Shown here: piece by piece, positions 30,324 to 42,441 of the stretch
How positions within the stretch are numbered: position 1 is the stretch's first letter
Layout of the letters: each line of letters opens with the position of its first letter
NCBI GenBank assembly: GCA_021158725.1
Contig: JAGGUB010000044.1
Location: forward strand, 71,533 to 135,532
Direction of reading: 5' to 3'
DNA: 64,000 bases
Origin: a candidate division WOR-3 bacterium
GTDB taxonomy: Bacteria > Hydrothermota > UBA3073 > NMUJ01
Program-made: the position numbers and the translations under genes
The notes under the pieces: generated by a model
Databases searched by the model: none
Told to the model about the DNA's origin: nothing
The model's input: the letters and a program-made list of their open reading frames with translations, nothing else

Positions 30324-31596
30324 ACGCGATCGTAAATTCATATCGCCATCGTATCCGCGAACCTATCCAGCTGTTATTGAAAAGGGTAGCGGTATGTACG
30401 TATGGGATGTAGATGGTAATCGGTTTATCGATTTCTGTGCCGGTATTGCGGTTAATGCTACCGGGCACTGTCATCCTGAGGTGGTGAATGCGATAAAGGA
30501 GCAAGCGGAACGGTTGATACATATTTCAGGTACCGATTTTTACTATAAGGAGCAGGTGGATCTTGCAGAGAAGCTCGCAATCATAGTGCCGGGTGGACCC
30601 AACCGTCGTGCATTTCTTACGAATTCGGGTGCCGAAGCAATAGAAGCTGCTATGAAGTTGGCAAGATGGGCTACCAAACGTACATATTTTATGTCGTTTT
30701 ACCATTCGTTTCATGGCCGTACGTATGGAGCGATGAGCTTAAGTGCAAGCAAATCACTGCATCATGCGGGGTTTGCACCATTACTGCCAGGTATTGTGCA
30801 TGTACCGTTCCCTTACTGTTACAGATGTCCATGGGGGATGAGGCATCCGGATTGTGATTTCGTATGTGTGAAATATATCGAGGATGTGGTGTTCACACAC
30901 GATGTGCCACCCGAAGAGGTAGCTGCTATGTTTGCTGAACCCATAATCGGTGAGGGTGGTTACATACCGGCACCGGCGGGATATTTTCAGCGACTCAAAC
31001 AGCTGCTCGATAAATACGGGATATTGTTTGTGGTGGATGAGATTCAAACCGGTATGGGACGTACAGGTAAGATGTTCGCTATTGAGCATTGGGGGGTCAT
31101 ACCGGATGTTGTAGCTATTGCCAAAGGTATAGCGTCAGGCTTACCATTGGGAGCGATGGTGGCAAGACGTTCGTTGATGGAATGGCCACCGGGTGCACAT
31201 GCGAATACGTTTGGAGGTAACCCTATCGCTTGTAGGGCGGCACTTGTCACTATCAAATTGCTGGAGGAGGGGCTGATCGATAATGCTGCCAAAATGGGTA
31301 AGTATATGTTGGATAAGTTGCGTGAGATGCAGAATGAGTTTGATTTCATCGGTGATGTACGTGGGATCGGCTTGATGATAGGGGTTGAAATCGTTAAAGA
31401 TCGTAAAACCAAAGAGAAAGATGTTAACCTACGTAACCGTATCGTGTATAGGGCGTTTGAGAAGGGGCTGTTGATACTGGGGGCTGGTGAGAATGTGGTA
31501 AGATTCTCGCCACCTCTTGTTATCACACAGAAGGAGGCAGACGAGGGTTTGGATATATTCTACTCGGTGTTGAAGGAAGTATCAAAAGGCAGGTGA
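30286..31596 (+). CDS. Class-III pyridoxal-phosphate aminotransferase (ArgD/GabT-like)
   Basis: The PLP-lysine region (DEIQTGMGRTGKMFA), a GNP motif (TFGGNPIA) and an SD (GAGGAGG) 4 nt before ATG 30286 are present. Confidence 0.85.
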   Translation: MKLPGPKAEEILERDRKFISPSYPRTYPAVIEKGSGMYVWDVDGNRFIDFCAGIAVNATGHCHPEVVNAIKEQAERLIHISGTDFYYKEQVDLAEKLAIIVPGGPNRRAFLTNSGAEAIEAAMKLARWATKRTYFMSFYHSFHGRTYGAMSLSASKSLHHAGFAPLLPGIVHVPFPYCYRCPWGMRHPDCDFVCVKYIEDVVFTHDVPPEEVAAMFAEPIIGEGGYIPAPAGYFQRLKQLLDKYGILFVVDEIQTGMGRTGKMFAIEHWGVIPDVVAIAKGIASGLPLGAMVARRSLMEWPPGAHANTFGGNPIACRAALVTIKLLEEGLIDNAAKMGKYMLDKLREMQNEFDFIGDVRGIGLMIGVEIVKDRKTKEKDVNLRNRIVYRAFEKGLLILGAGENVVRFSPPLVITQKEADEGLDIFYSVLKEVSKGR

Positions 31597-32144
31597 AGAT
31601 AAGAATTATCGAACTTAAGTTAACGGAAGATAGTATCCCTTTCACGAAAGAGCTGCAACCTGGTATTACAGTGTTTCAGGGTGCTAACTGTAGTGGTAAA
31701 AGCCTACTATTTAGGGTATTTGCAGGGTTGCAACGTCCCTATAGGGGTAAGATCGTCTACCCATATGGTATACGTAAGGGGGCGGTATTCGAAAATCCAG
31801 ACGATAGCCTGTTCTTTCCAAAGGTGATAGATGAAATTGCGTGGGGTGTTAAAGATAGGGCAAGGGTGGAGGAAGCTTTGAAGCTATTAGAGGTGCCGGC
31901 AAATGTTGAACCTATGAGATTATCCTATAGTGAGCGTAAGTTGCTCTCGATAGCGACGTTGACGTTTGGACCACAGGTGGGGTTGATAGATGAGCCTCTG
32001 AGGGGGTTAGTGGGTGAAACTAAACGTAAGGCATTGCAACTCATGCAGTGGCTACATGGGTTTATACCGTTCATGATTGTGTTTGCGACACCTGATGATG
32101 AGCTTACTCGAATAAGTGATGAGGTGATAGAGCGATGGAGATAA
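31593..32144 (+). CDS. Short, degenerate ABC-type ATPase-like protein
   Basis: It has Walker A (GANCSGKS), a degenerate signature (LSYSERK) and Walker B (GLIDEP). 183 aa. GTG start with a GTGA overlap. Confidence 0.45.
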   Translation: MKIRIIELKLTEDSIPFTKELQPGITVFQGANCSGKSLLFRVFAGLQRPYRGKIVYPYGIRKGAVFENPDDSLFFPKVIDEIAWGVKDRARVEEALKLLEVPANVEPMRLSYSERKLLSIATLTFGPQVGLIDEPLRGLVGETKRKALQLMQWLHGFIPFMIVFATPDDELTRISDEVIERWR

Positions 32145-32572
32145 GGAATCCAAAAGCTAATCGTGACTATGAGATACTCGAAACCTATGAAGCTGGTATA
32201 GTATTGGAGGGGGCAGAGGTTAAATCGGTGAGATTGGGTAGGGTGAGCCTCAAAGAAGCGTACTGTAAGGTGATAGATGGTGAAGTGTTTGTCATTAACA
32301 TGCATATCGCACCATACGAACATGCGAGAGAGGTGCCGGCACCTAAACGGCGTCGTAAGCTGTTGCTCAAGAAGCGTGAGATAAAGCGGCTTATTGGTAA
32401 AGTACAGGAGAAAGGGTTAACTTTGATCCCTGTTTCGATATACTTTAATGAGCGTGGGTGGGCTAAATTGAAGATAGGTGTGGCACGTGGTAGACGTAAG
32501 CATGAGAAGAAGGAAATACTTAAGCAACGTGATATTGAGCGTGAAGTGGAACGTGAATTGAAGCGATGGTGA
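32135..32572 (+). CDS. smpB: SsrA-binding protein SmpB
   Basis: NRDYEILETYEAGIVL...IAPYE is an SmpB signature, followed by a basic C-terminal tail. Confidence 0.9.
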   Translation: MEIRNPKANRDYEILETYEAGIVLEGAEVKSVRLGRVSLKEAYCKVIDGEVFVINMHIAPYEHAREVPAPKRRRKLLLKKREIKRLIGKVQEKGLTLIPVSIYFNERGWAKLKIGVARGRRKHEKKEILKQRDIEREVERELKRW

Positions 32573-33291
32573 TATGGGGGTTGGTGTCGTTGTTTCTGAT
32601 AGGCGGTAACACTGTAGTGCACCAATATCCATGTTATGTGGTGGTCGATCCGGGGCATGGTGGTAAAGATCCAGGTGCTATAGGTAGACGGGGTACAAAA
32701 GAGAAAGATATTACGCTGAAGATAGCATTATATTTGCGTGAATTGGCAGAACGGGATGACGATATTGAGGTTATACTTACACGTACAAAAGATATATATC
32801 TGCCACTATCAACACGTATAGAGATTGCACAGGCTTACAATCCTGGGATATTTGTAAGCCTACACTGTAATGCAGCAAGAAGCTACCGATTGCATGGGGT
32901 TGAGGTCTATATACTATCGCCGGCACGTACTAACTGGGAACGTGCGGTTGAAGCGAGAGAGAACGAAGTGTTAAAGTGGGAACTCGATCTACCCGAAGGT
33001 GATGAAGCTACTATACTTTATGATTTGGCGCAGATTGAGATGCTACAGGAATCGAAATTGCTTGCTAAGTGTGTGCTAAATAGTATGGTAAATAGCTTAG
33101 GTTTACATGATCGCGGTATTAAGCAGGCCAATTTCTATGTGTTACGAGTGTTTATGCCAGCGATACTGGTTGAGATGGAGTTTATATCTAACCCCAACCG
33201 TGAGCAATGGTTATGCGATAGTATGAACCAAAAGAGGATAGCGATCGCTATCTATAATGGGATCAAGGAGTTCATCAGAAATTACCAGTAA
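32566..33291 (+). CDS. N-acetylmuramoyl-L-alanine amidase (Amidase_3 family)
   Basis: It has VVDPGHGGKDPGA, SLHCNA zinc ligands and an N-terminal TM/signal sequence. Confidence 0.8.
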   Translation: MVIWGLVSLFLIGGNTVVHQYPCYVVVDPGHGGKDPGAIGRRGTKEKDITLKIALYLRELAERDDDIEVILTRTKDIYLPLSTRIEIAQAYNPGIFVSLHCNAARSYRLHGVEVYILSPARTNWERAVEARENEVLKWELDLPEGDEATILYDLAQIEMLQESKLLAKCVLNSMVNSLGLHDRGIKQANFYVLRVFMPAILVEMEFISNPNREQWLCDSMNQKRIAIAIYNGIKEFIRNYQ

Positions 33292-34069
33292 GCCTATTGG
33301 GATATTTGATTCGGGTGTGGGGGGATTGACTGTTGTGCGTGCGGTTATGCGTGAGTTACCTAATGAAAGTATAGTATATTTTGGTGATACCGCACGTGTA
33401 CCTTATGGTAACAAGTCAACTGCGACAATACGTAGGTTTGCAGCTGAAATTGTGGAGCTGTTGATCGAGGAAGGGGTTAAACTCATAGTGATAGCATGTA
33501 ATACAGTGGCTTCAAATGCACGTGAGTATCTTATGGATAATTATAGTGTGAAGTTTGTTGATGTGATTGCACCCACTGTGGAGGCAGCAATCAGAGTTAC
33601 AAAAGGTAAAATAGGTGTGATAGGTACAAAAGCTACGATAGGGAGTGGTTGCTACATGCGGTTGATAAAGAAATTAGCGCCTAATGTGGAAGTTATACAG
33701 AAGCCTACACCGCTGTTGGTACCGTTCATAGAAGAACGGCACTATAATCACACATTGGACACGTTGTTGGAAGATTACTTGCGTGAGCTACGTGATGCAA
33801 AGATCGACACTTTGCTGCTGGGGTGTACACATTATCCATTGATCAAGGAACGTATTGAAAGGATCATAGGGGATGAGGTTGTTGTGATAGATTCGAGCCA
33901 TTATACGGCTAAGAAAGTGAAGGCGATACTTCAACAACATAGTATGGTGAATGAAACTGCTAAACCTTCACATAAATTTTACTTCAGCGATATACCGGTG
34001 GATTTGCCGAAGTTGGCACACGATTTTCTGGGTATCGAAATAGAGCCATATCTTAAGGTTTTGGGTTGA
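33257..34069 (+). CDS. murI: Glutamate racemase
   Basis: IGIFDSGVGGLTV, the active-site Cys (ACNT) and GCTHYP are present. Confidence 0.9.
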   Translation: MGSRSSSEITSKPIGIFDSGVGGLTVVRAVMRELPNESIVYFGDTARVPYGNKSTATIRRFAAEIVELLIEEGVKLIVIACNTVASNAREYLMDNYSVKFVDVIAPTVEAAIRVTKGKIGVIGTKATIGSGCYMRLIKKLAPNVEVIQKPTPLLVPFIEERHYNHTLDTLLEDYLRELRDAKIDTLLLGCTHYPLIKERIERIIGDEVVVIDSSHYTAKKVKAILQQHSMVNETAKPSHKFYFSDIPVDLPKLAHDFLGIEIEPYLKVLG

Positions 34070-34631
34070 GTGTACCACAGAAGCTATTGCAGTAAGAGAT
34101 GGCACGCTCGAGATCGAACTTGATGAAGTATTCGAGACAGTTAAGCCCGAGGTTGAGGAATTCCGGTAACTTATCACGTTCGTTACGTGTGAATTCACCC
34201 AACACATAATCGACAGGGTTGCCAACTAAAGGGCCTATACCCATTTTGAGGCGTGGAAAGTCTTCGGTACCAAGCGCGCAAATGATGGATTTCAAGCCAT
34301 TGTGGCCACCAGCTCCGCCGGTGGGTTTGAGTTTCAGTCTACCAAAGGGTAGGTTGAAGTCGTCCACCACTACTAACAAGCGATCGAGTGAGGGATGGTA
34401 TAGATCGACAAGCTGTTTAACTGCTATACCGGAGAGGTTTACGTAGGTGGTGGGTTGTACAAAATGTATCTCATCTTCCAGCTGTAGGATGGCCTCGTAG
34501 AAATCGCCTTTACCGGGTTGTAGACGTAGCTTCCAGTGGGTGATTGCACGTTCGATTAGTAAGAACCCTATATTGTGACGAGTATAGGTGTACTGAGGAG
34601 CGGGGTTGCCTAACCCTATTATGAATTTCAC
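34053..34631 (-). CDS. pth: Peptidyl-tRNA hydrolase
   Basis: GLGNPAPQYTYTRHNIGF and catalytic His/Asp motifs are present. Confidence 0.9.
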   Translation of the reverse strand: MKFIIGLGNPAPQYTYTRHNIGFLLIERAITHWKLRLQPGKGDFYEAILQLEDEIHFVQPTTYVNLSGIAVKQLVDLYHPSLDRLLVVVDDFNLPFGRLKLKPTGGAGGHNGLKSIICALGTEDFPRLKMGIGPLVGNPVDYVLGEFTRNERDKLPEFLNLGLNCLEYFIKFDLERAISYCNSFCGTLNPKP

Positions 34632-35263
34632 TACTCTTCGGTGGGTGGCGCTTCTTCTGTAGGTGGAGCAGCTTCCTCTTCTTCGGGTTTCTTCTCTTCC
34701 TCCACCGTTACACGAGGTGCCAGTACCGTAGCAACAGGGGTATCGGGTGGCTCAGTATAGTGCAATTTATCCTGATCCGGTAGGTCACGCACCATGATGG
34801 TATCGCCGATATCGAGATGTTCGACGTTTACCTCAATATGTGATGGTATATCCTTAGGGTAGGCTTCTACCTCTATCTCATGCAGCAGCTGATCGAGTAC
34901 ACCGCCATGTCGTACACCTATGGGTTCGCCCACAAGTACGATGGGTAATGTGATGTAGATCTTTTCACCTGCATGAATGATGTGGAAATCCACATGCTGT
35001 ACCTGTAACGATATGGGGTCACGCTGTATCTCCTTGATGAAGGCGTGCTTCTTGCCAATACCGTCGATGTTGAGGGTTATGAACTCGACACCGCCACGTG
35101 TACGCTCTTCTTTGAGTAACTTGCGTAATGCATCGGAGCTCACCCATAGGTGTAGGGTGGGTTCACCTCTACCATATGCGACACAGGGGATCTTACCCTC
35201 TCTGCGTAACTTACGTGCTACCTCTTTGCCGGTTTTCTCACGGATGCCAGCCTTTATCTCCAT
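34631..35263 (-). CDS. rplY: 50S ribosomal protein L25 / general stress protein Ctc
   Basis: An L25 beta-barrel N-domain (REKTGKEVARKLRREGKIPCVAYG) is followed by a Ctc C-domain and an acidic tail. Confidence 0.85.
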   Translation of the reverse strand: MEIKAGIREKTGKEVARKLRREGKIPCVAYGRGEPTLHLWVSSDALRKLLKEERTRGGVEFITLNIDGIGKKHAFIKEIQRDPISLQVQHVDFHIIHAGEKIYITLPIVLVGEPIGVRHGGVLDQLLHEIEVEAYPKDIPSHIEVNVEHLDIGDTIMVRDLPDQDKLHYTEPPDTPVATVLAPRVTVEEEKKPEEEEAAPPTEEAPPTEE

Positions 35264-35273
35264 TTAACCTCCT

Positions 35274-35357
<84 letters not shown>

Positions 35358-35446
35358 GTATTAAAATAATTATGTCACAAACGTAAATGTCAACTGTGGG
35401 TTGATTTAAATCTGATTTTCTTATTTTTAGTTGCAAAGGAGGTAAA

Positions 35447-36625
35447 ATGTTGAAGTTACGTGAGCTCGACGTTACTAACAAACGTGTACTTATGCGGGTG
35501 GATTTCAATGTCCCTGTGCAGGCAGGTGAGATCACTGACGATACACGGATAAGGGCAACTCTACCTACGATACAGTATCTGATTGATAAGGGGGCAAAAC
35601 TTATATTGATGTCGCATCTCGGTCGTCCTAAGGGTGAACGTAAACCTGAGTATAGTCTGTTACCGGTGGCGGCAAGGTTGTCACGACTGTTGGGTAAACC
35701 TGTGATCTTCAGCAGCGATTGTATAGGTGACGAACCCGAAAGTAAAGCCAGTAGGTTGAAACCAGGTGATGTGTTGCTGCTGGAGAATCTGCGATTCCAC
35801 AAAGGGGAAACGAAGAACGATCCTGAGTTCGCAGCTGGGTTGGCGAAATTGGGTGAAATCTATGTTAACGATGCATTTGCGGTTTCACATCGTGCGCATG
35901 CATCTGTTGTGGGGGTGCCTAAGCTTATGAAAATTAAGGCGCCTGGCTTTCTACTGGAGAAAGAGATTGAGGCGTTCGAAAAAGTTCTTAAGAACCCCGA
36001 TCACCCATTCCATGCAGTTATGGGGGGTGCGAAAATATCGGATAAGATTGAAGTGATACATAATCTACTGGATAAGGTGGATAAGCTATTTGTTGGGGGT
36101 GGTATGAGTTTCACCTTCTTCCGTGCAATGGGTTACGAGACTGGTGACTCCATTGTCGAGGAAGATAAGGTTAGCTTAGCTGAAGAGTTGCTCAACAAAT
36201 ACGGTGATAAGATTGCTTTACCTGTGGATATAGTTGTTGCTGATGATATCGAGCAACCAACTAAAACCGAGGTTATAGATCCGAACGCTGGTATACCGAA
36301 GGGGGTTAAGGGGGTAGACATAGGACCAGCTACCCGTGATAGATGGGGTAAGGAACTCATGAATGCCAAAACTATTGTATGGAATGGTCCCGTTGGTGTG
36401 TTTGAACATAAGCCGTTCGATGAAGGGTCGAAAGCTATCGCAAAGGTGCTGGTAAAAGTTACTGAGATGGGTGGTACAACGGTTGTGGGTGGTGGTGATA
36501 CGGTTGCGTTCGTCAATCAAACTGGTATCGGTGACAAATTGACGCACGTATCGACGGGTGGTGGTGCATCACTTGAGTATCTCGCAGGTTATGAGCTACC
36601 TGGTATTAAGGCGCTGAGTGAGTAA
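35447..36625 (+). CDS. pgk: Phosphoglycerate kinase
   Basis: RVDFNVP, MSHLGRP and GGGD/GGGAS motifs are present. Confidence 0.95.
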   Translation: MLKLRELDVTNKRVLMRVDFNVPVQAGEITDDTRIRATLPTIQYLIDKGAKLILMSHLGRPKGERKPEYSLLPVAARLSRLLGKPVIFSSDCIGDEPESKASRLKPGDVLLLENLRFHKGETKNDPEFAAGLAKLGEIYVNDAFAVSHRAHASVVGVPKLMKIKAPGFLLEKEIEAFEKVLKNPDHPFHAVMGGAKISDKIEVIHNLLDKVDKLFVGGGMSFTFFRAMGYETGDSIVEEDKVSLAEELLNKYGDKIALPVDIVVADDIEQPTKTEVIDPNAGIPKGVKGVDIGPATRDRWGKELMNAKTIVWNGPVGVFEHKPFDEGSKAIAKVLVKVTEMGGTTVVGGGDTVAFVNQTGIGDKLTHVSTGGGASLEYLAGYELPGIKALSE

Positions 36626-37690
36626 CTAAACTGGTATAATTGCGGAATCGAGCGATTTGGGGAATTTGGTGAGATTCTCGTAACCCGTAGGGGTAACGAG
36701 TATCATGTCTTCGATCCTTACACCACCTACATCTGGTATGTATATGCCGGGTTCTATTGTGAATACCATACCGGGTTGGGTTTTGGTTCGTACCCTACGT
36801 GCAACTCGTGGGCTTTCGTGTATGTCAAGCCCTATACCATGGCCAAGTGAGTGGCCAAAATATTTGTCATAACCGGCAGCCTTTATCACTTGACGTGCAA
36901 TACGATCGAGTTGACCAAGCTCGATACCGGGTTTCACTGCTTGGATGGCGGATTGTTGTGCATGTAGGACTATTTCATAGAGTTTTAGGGCTTGCTTGTT
37001 CTCACCTAAGATAAATGTACGTGTCATGTCGGAGTGATATCCTTTATACACAGCACCCATATCGACCAACAGTATATCGCCAGGCTGTAACTTGCGGTCT
37101 TGTGGTAACCCATGTGGTAACGAGCTTCTTGCACCTGACAGCACGATGAGGTCGAATGCGGGTTTGTCGCTACCGAGTTGCAACATATCGTATTCCAGTT
37201 GTATGCGTAGGTCACGTTCGGTGACACCGGGACGTATCATCTGTTTCAGTTTGCTGAGGGATGTCTCAGCTATAGTCTGTGCGTTACGTATGAGGGTGAT
37301 CTCATCTGGTTCTTTGAGCTCACGTAGTCCACGCATTTTATGTGAGATATAGAGTTTGTTACGTAGGGCATCTGGCATGCCAAGATATGTAGCGTATGAT
37401 ATCTCGTGGGGATCGTATCCTACCTTACGTAGTTGGTTGAAGATCTTGGATTTGGGTAGCTCTTTGAGCACATCCTTAACCTTTACAACTTCTACACCTA
37501 CCGCTGTACGATATGCCTCTTCATAATAGAGGAAACCGACAAAGAGTATCGCTTCTTTACGTGTGATAAGTAATGTACCTGCGCCGGAAAAATTTGTTAG
37601 ATACCGTATGTTGGGTTGTCTGAAAAAGAGGAACCCTGATAGGCGACCGAGTCGCTCACGTACCTTGTTTATGCGGGTGGCGAAATCCAT
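36626..37690 (-). CDS. M24-family metallopeptidase (Xaa-Pro aminopeptidase/dipeptidase)
   Basis: Pita-bread fold metal ligands: D..D, HGLGHGIGLDIHE, E..E. Confidence 0.8.
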   Translation of the reverse strand: MDFATRINKVRERLGRLSGFLFFRQPNIRYLTNFSGAGTLLITRKEAILFVGFLYYEEAYRTAVGVEVVKVKDVLKELPKSKIFNQLRKVGYDPHEISYATYLGMPDALRNKLYISHKMRGLRELKEPDEITLIRNAQTIAETSLSKLKQMIRPGVTERDLRIQLEYDMLQLGSDKPAFDLIVLSGARSSLPHGLPQDRKLQPGDILLVDMGAVYKGYHSDMTRTFILGENKQALKLYEIVLHAQQSAIQAVKPGIELGQLDRIARQVIKAAGYDKYFGHSLGHGIGLDIHESPRVARRVRTKTQPGMVFTIEPGIYIPDVGGVRIEDMILVTPTGYENLTKFPKSLDSAIIPV

Positions 37691-38022
37691 CAGCTTATGG
37701 GTGTACCTGGGGGTACATCTTTATCGGGTATAAGAAGGACGGGGGTGCCATCTACTACGGCTGCAAGTAACATACCATACGACATTATCCCACGTATCTT
37801 GCGTGGTGCGAGGTTCGCTAAATAGACGATTTTCTTACCCACCATCTCCTCAGGTGTATACTTATGTGCGATACCAGCCACTATTGTGCGTTCATCGGCT
37901 CCGGTTGATATACGTAATTGCATCAACTTGTCTGTACCGGGTACACGTTCGGCTGTCAACACCTCTGCGATTAGGAGCTCAAGTTTTTCGAAATCATCAA
38001 ACTGGATCGTTGGTTTGCTCAT
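37690..38022 (-). CDS. tRNA-binding domain protein (CsaA/EMAP-like, Myf domain)
   Basis: 110 aa with an OB-fold motif (VGKKIVYLANLAPRKIRG). Confidence 0.7.
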   Translation of the reverse strand: MSKPTIQFDDFEKLELLIAEVLTAERVPGTDKLMQLRISTGADERTIVAGIAHKYTPEEMVGKKIVYLANLAPRKIRGIMSYGMLLAAVVDGTPVLLIPDKDVPPGTPIS

Positions 38023-38088
38023 GGTACCTCCTTGTTAGAAAGATATTGCAGATATCACTATTCACAACAACTTTTATGATAGATTATA

Positions 38089-39282
38089 ATGATAATTTTG
38101 CTGCTAATATCCGCAACCGTAAGGGTTACTTTCTGGCATGCGATGGGTGGACCTCTGGGTAGAACGCTCGATGATTTGATAATGCGGTTTAATCGGGAGC
38201 ATCCTGATATAGAGGTTATATCCGTAAATATGGGGAATTACTCAACTTTGTCGCAGAAGCTTATGGCATCCATTGTGGCAAATAGGCCACCCACTATGGC
38301 ACAGGCATACGAATCGTGGATATCTTCACTTTGGCGTGCAGGTAAGCTCGAACCTATTGAGAATTTTGCAAGGAAGGACTTCACACAAGCGGATTGGGAG
38401 GACTTTTTCCCAGTGCTGTTGGCCAACAGCAAGTGGGGGGATACGCTTGTGTCGTTGCCATTCAACAAAAGTGTAACCGCATATTTCTATAATAAGGATT
38501 GGTTTCGCGAAAAAGGTATAACTGAGTTTCCAAGTACATGGGATGAGTTCCTTGGGGTAGCACTAAAATTACGGGATACGTTGGCTGATAAGTGGGCAAC
38601 TGCGTTTTCGCCTGCGGTGAGTTTGTTCGAAATGTTGTTATTTTCATGTGGTGGCCAGATATTGGATTCACTTGAACTGTATGCGAGGTTTGATGATTCG
38701 TGTGGTGTATGGGCGCTTAGCTTCATATGCGATCTGTTACATAAGTATAAAGTAGCGTACTTAACAACGGGATACCAATACCAAGATGATTTCATCACCC
38801 AAAAGGTGGCAATGGTGGTTGGCTCCTCTGTTTCCTATTCCTACATTATGCGGTACAAACCGCCGTTTGAGTTGGGTATGGCACCAATCCCTGACAGCGG
38901 GTGCATAATAATGGGTACAAATATCGTGATATTTCGAGCTGCTACCCCTGAACAGAAAAGGGCAGCATGGGAATTCATAAAGTGGTTTACATCGCCTGAA
39001 ATACAGGCAGAATGGGCGATAGCTACGGGTTATGTACCTGTGAGGAGGAGCGCGTTTACGTTACCTATAATGCAGGCAGAATTACGAAAGGTACCCGATC
39101 GTATCATGGTATGGCGTCAAATAGAGTATGCACATACTGAACCACGTACGGCGGGATGGTTGGCTGGACGGCAGTTTCTGCTGACTGAAGGTATAGAGCC
39201 TGCGCTACGAAATGTGCTTTCACCAAGGCAAGCGTTGACACGTGCAGCTAAGATTGTTGAGTTTGAATTAAAAAAATATTGA
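38089..39282 (+). CDS. ABC transporter substrate-binding protein, family 1 (sugar/oligosaccharide type), orphan
   Basis: A signal/anchor is followed by an SBP_bac_1-like fold. There are no adjacent permease or ATPase genes. Confidence 0.7.
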   Translation: MIILLLISATVRVTFWHAMGGPLGRTLDDLIMRFNREHPDIEVISVNMGNYSTLSQKLMASIVANRPPTMAQAYESWISSLWRAGKLEPIENFARKDFTQADWEDFFPVLLANSKWGDTLVSLPFNKSVTAYFYNKDWFREKGITEFPSTWDEFLGVALKLRDTLADKWATAFSPAVSLFEMLLFSCGGQILDSLELYARFDDSCGVWALSFICDLLHKYKVAYLTTGYQYQDDFITQKVAMVVGSSVSYSYIMRYKPPFELGMAPIPDSGCIIMGTNIVIFRAATPEQKRAAWEFIKWFTSPEIQAEWAIATGYVPVRRSAFTLPIMQAELRKVPDRIMVWRQIEYAHTEPRTAGWLAGRQFLLTEGIEPALRNVLSPRQALTRAAKIVEFELKKY

Positions 39283-39286
39283 AAAT

Positions 39287-40339
39287 ATGCGTATAAAACG
39301 TCGTAAGGCCAGAGAGGTTAAGATTGGTAAGGTAAAGATAGGTGATGACCACCCCATTGCTATACAGTCGATGACAAACACCGATGCACATGATTTTGAT
39401 GCTACAGTGCGACAGGTGTTGGAGCTTGTAGCTGCAGGTGCCGATATTGTGAGGTTGGCGATTACTGACGAGGAAGCGCTTGGGGTGATACCGATGATTA
39501 AACAAAGGACGGATGTACCAATAGTTGCGGATATACAATATAACTATAGGTTGGCAATAAAGGCGATCGAATCTGGTATAGACAAGGTACGCATAAATCC
39601 AGGTAATATCGGTGATGAGCGTGCATTACGTGAGGTCACCCGCGTAGCTTATGAATATGGGGTACCCATAAGGGTAGGGGTCAATAGTGGGTCGTTACCG
39701 CGTGAGATCGTCGAGCGCTACGGTGTGACTGCGGAAGCGATGGTGGAAACTGCTGAACAAGCAGTTAGGGTGATGCAGGATGAGGGTTTCACCAATATTG
39801 TGGTATCACTTAAATCAACGGACCCGTTCATGACAATAGAGGCTAACCGCAGGTTTGCGAAGATGAACGATTATCCCATACATGTTGGGGTTACGGAAGC
39901 TGGGGTGGATGCCACCGGTATTGTGAAATCAACGTTTGTGTTAGCTACGTTGCTATCCGAAGGTATAGGTGATACGATACGGGTATCACTTAGTGGATCA
40001 CCGGTTAACGAGATACCTATAGCTAAAAAAATACTTGCAACGTTGGGATTGTACCAGATGCCGGATGTTATTGCATGTCCTACGTGTGCACGTGCGGAGA
40101 TAGATGTTGAACAGCTTGCACGTGAGGTTGAAGCACGTGTTGCTAACATAGGTAAGAGGTTGAAGATTGCGGTGATGGGATGTCCAGTGAATGGCATTGA
40201 AGAGGCCAAACATGCTGATATCGGTATAGCAGGTGGCAAATCCTACGCGGTGATATTCAAGAAAGGGGAAATCGTTCGTAAAGTGCCACCCAACCGTGCG
40301 ATTGATGCGCTTATGGAGGAGCTGGAGAAGTTGTTGTGA
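39287..40339 (+). CDS. ispG: 4-hydroxy-3-methylbut-2-en-1-yl diphosphate synthase (flavodoxin)
   Basis: It has a TIM-barrel N-domain and three conserved Cys (CPTC, GCPVNG). Confidence 0.9.
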   Translation: MRIKRRKAREVKIGKVKIGDDHPIAIQSMTNTDAHDFDATVRQVLELVAAGADIVRLAITDEEALGVIPMIKQRTDVPIVADIQYNYRLAIKAIESGIDKVRINPGNIGDERALREVTRVAYEYGVPIRVGVNSGSLPREIVERYGVTAEAMVETAEQAVRVMQDEGFTNIVVSLKSTDPFMTIEANRRFAKMNDYPIHVGVTEAGVDATGIVKSTFVLATLLSEGIGDTIRVSLSGSPVNEIPIAKKILATLGLYQMPDVIACPTCARAEIDVEQLAREVEARVANIGKRLKIAVMGCPVNGIEEAKHADIGIAGGKSYAVIFKKGEIVRKVPPNRAIDALMEELEKLL

Positions 40340-40365
40340 GCTATCATTGCTTAGATTTTCAATAA

Positions 40366-42441
<2,076 letters not shown>

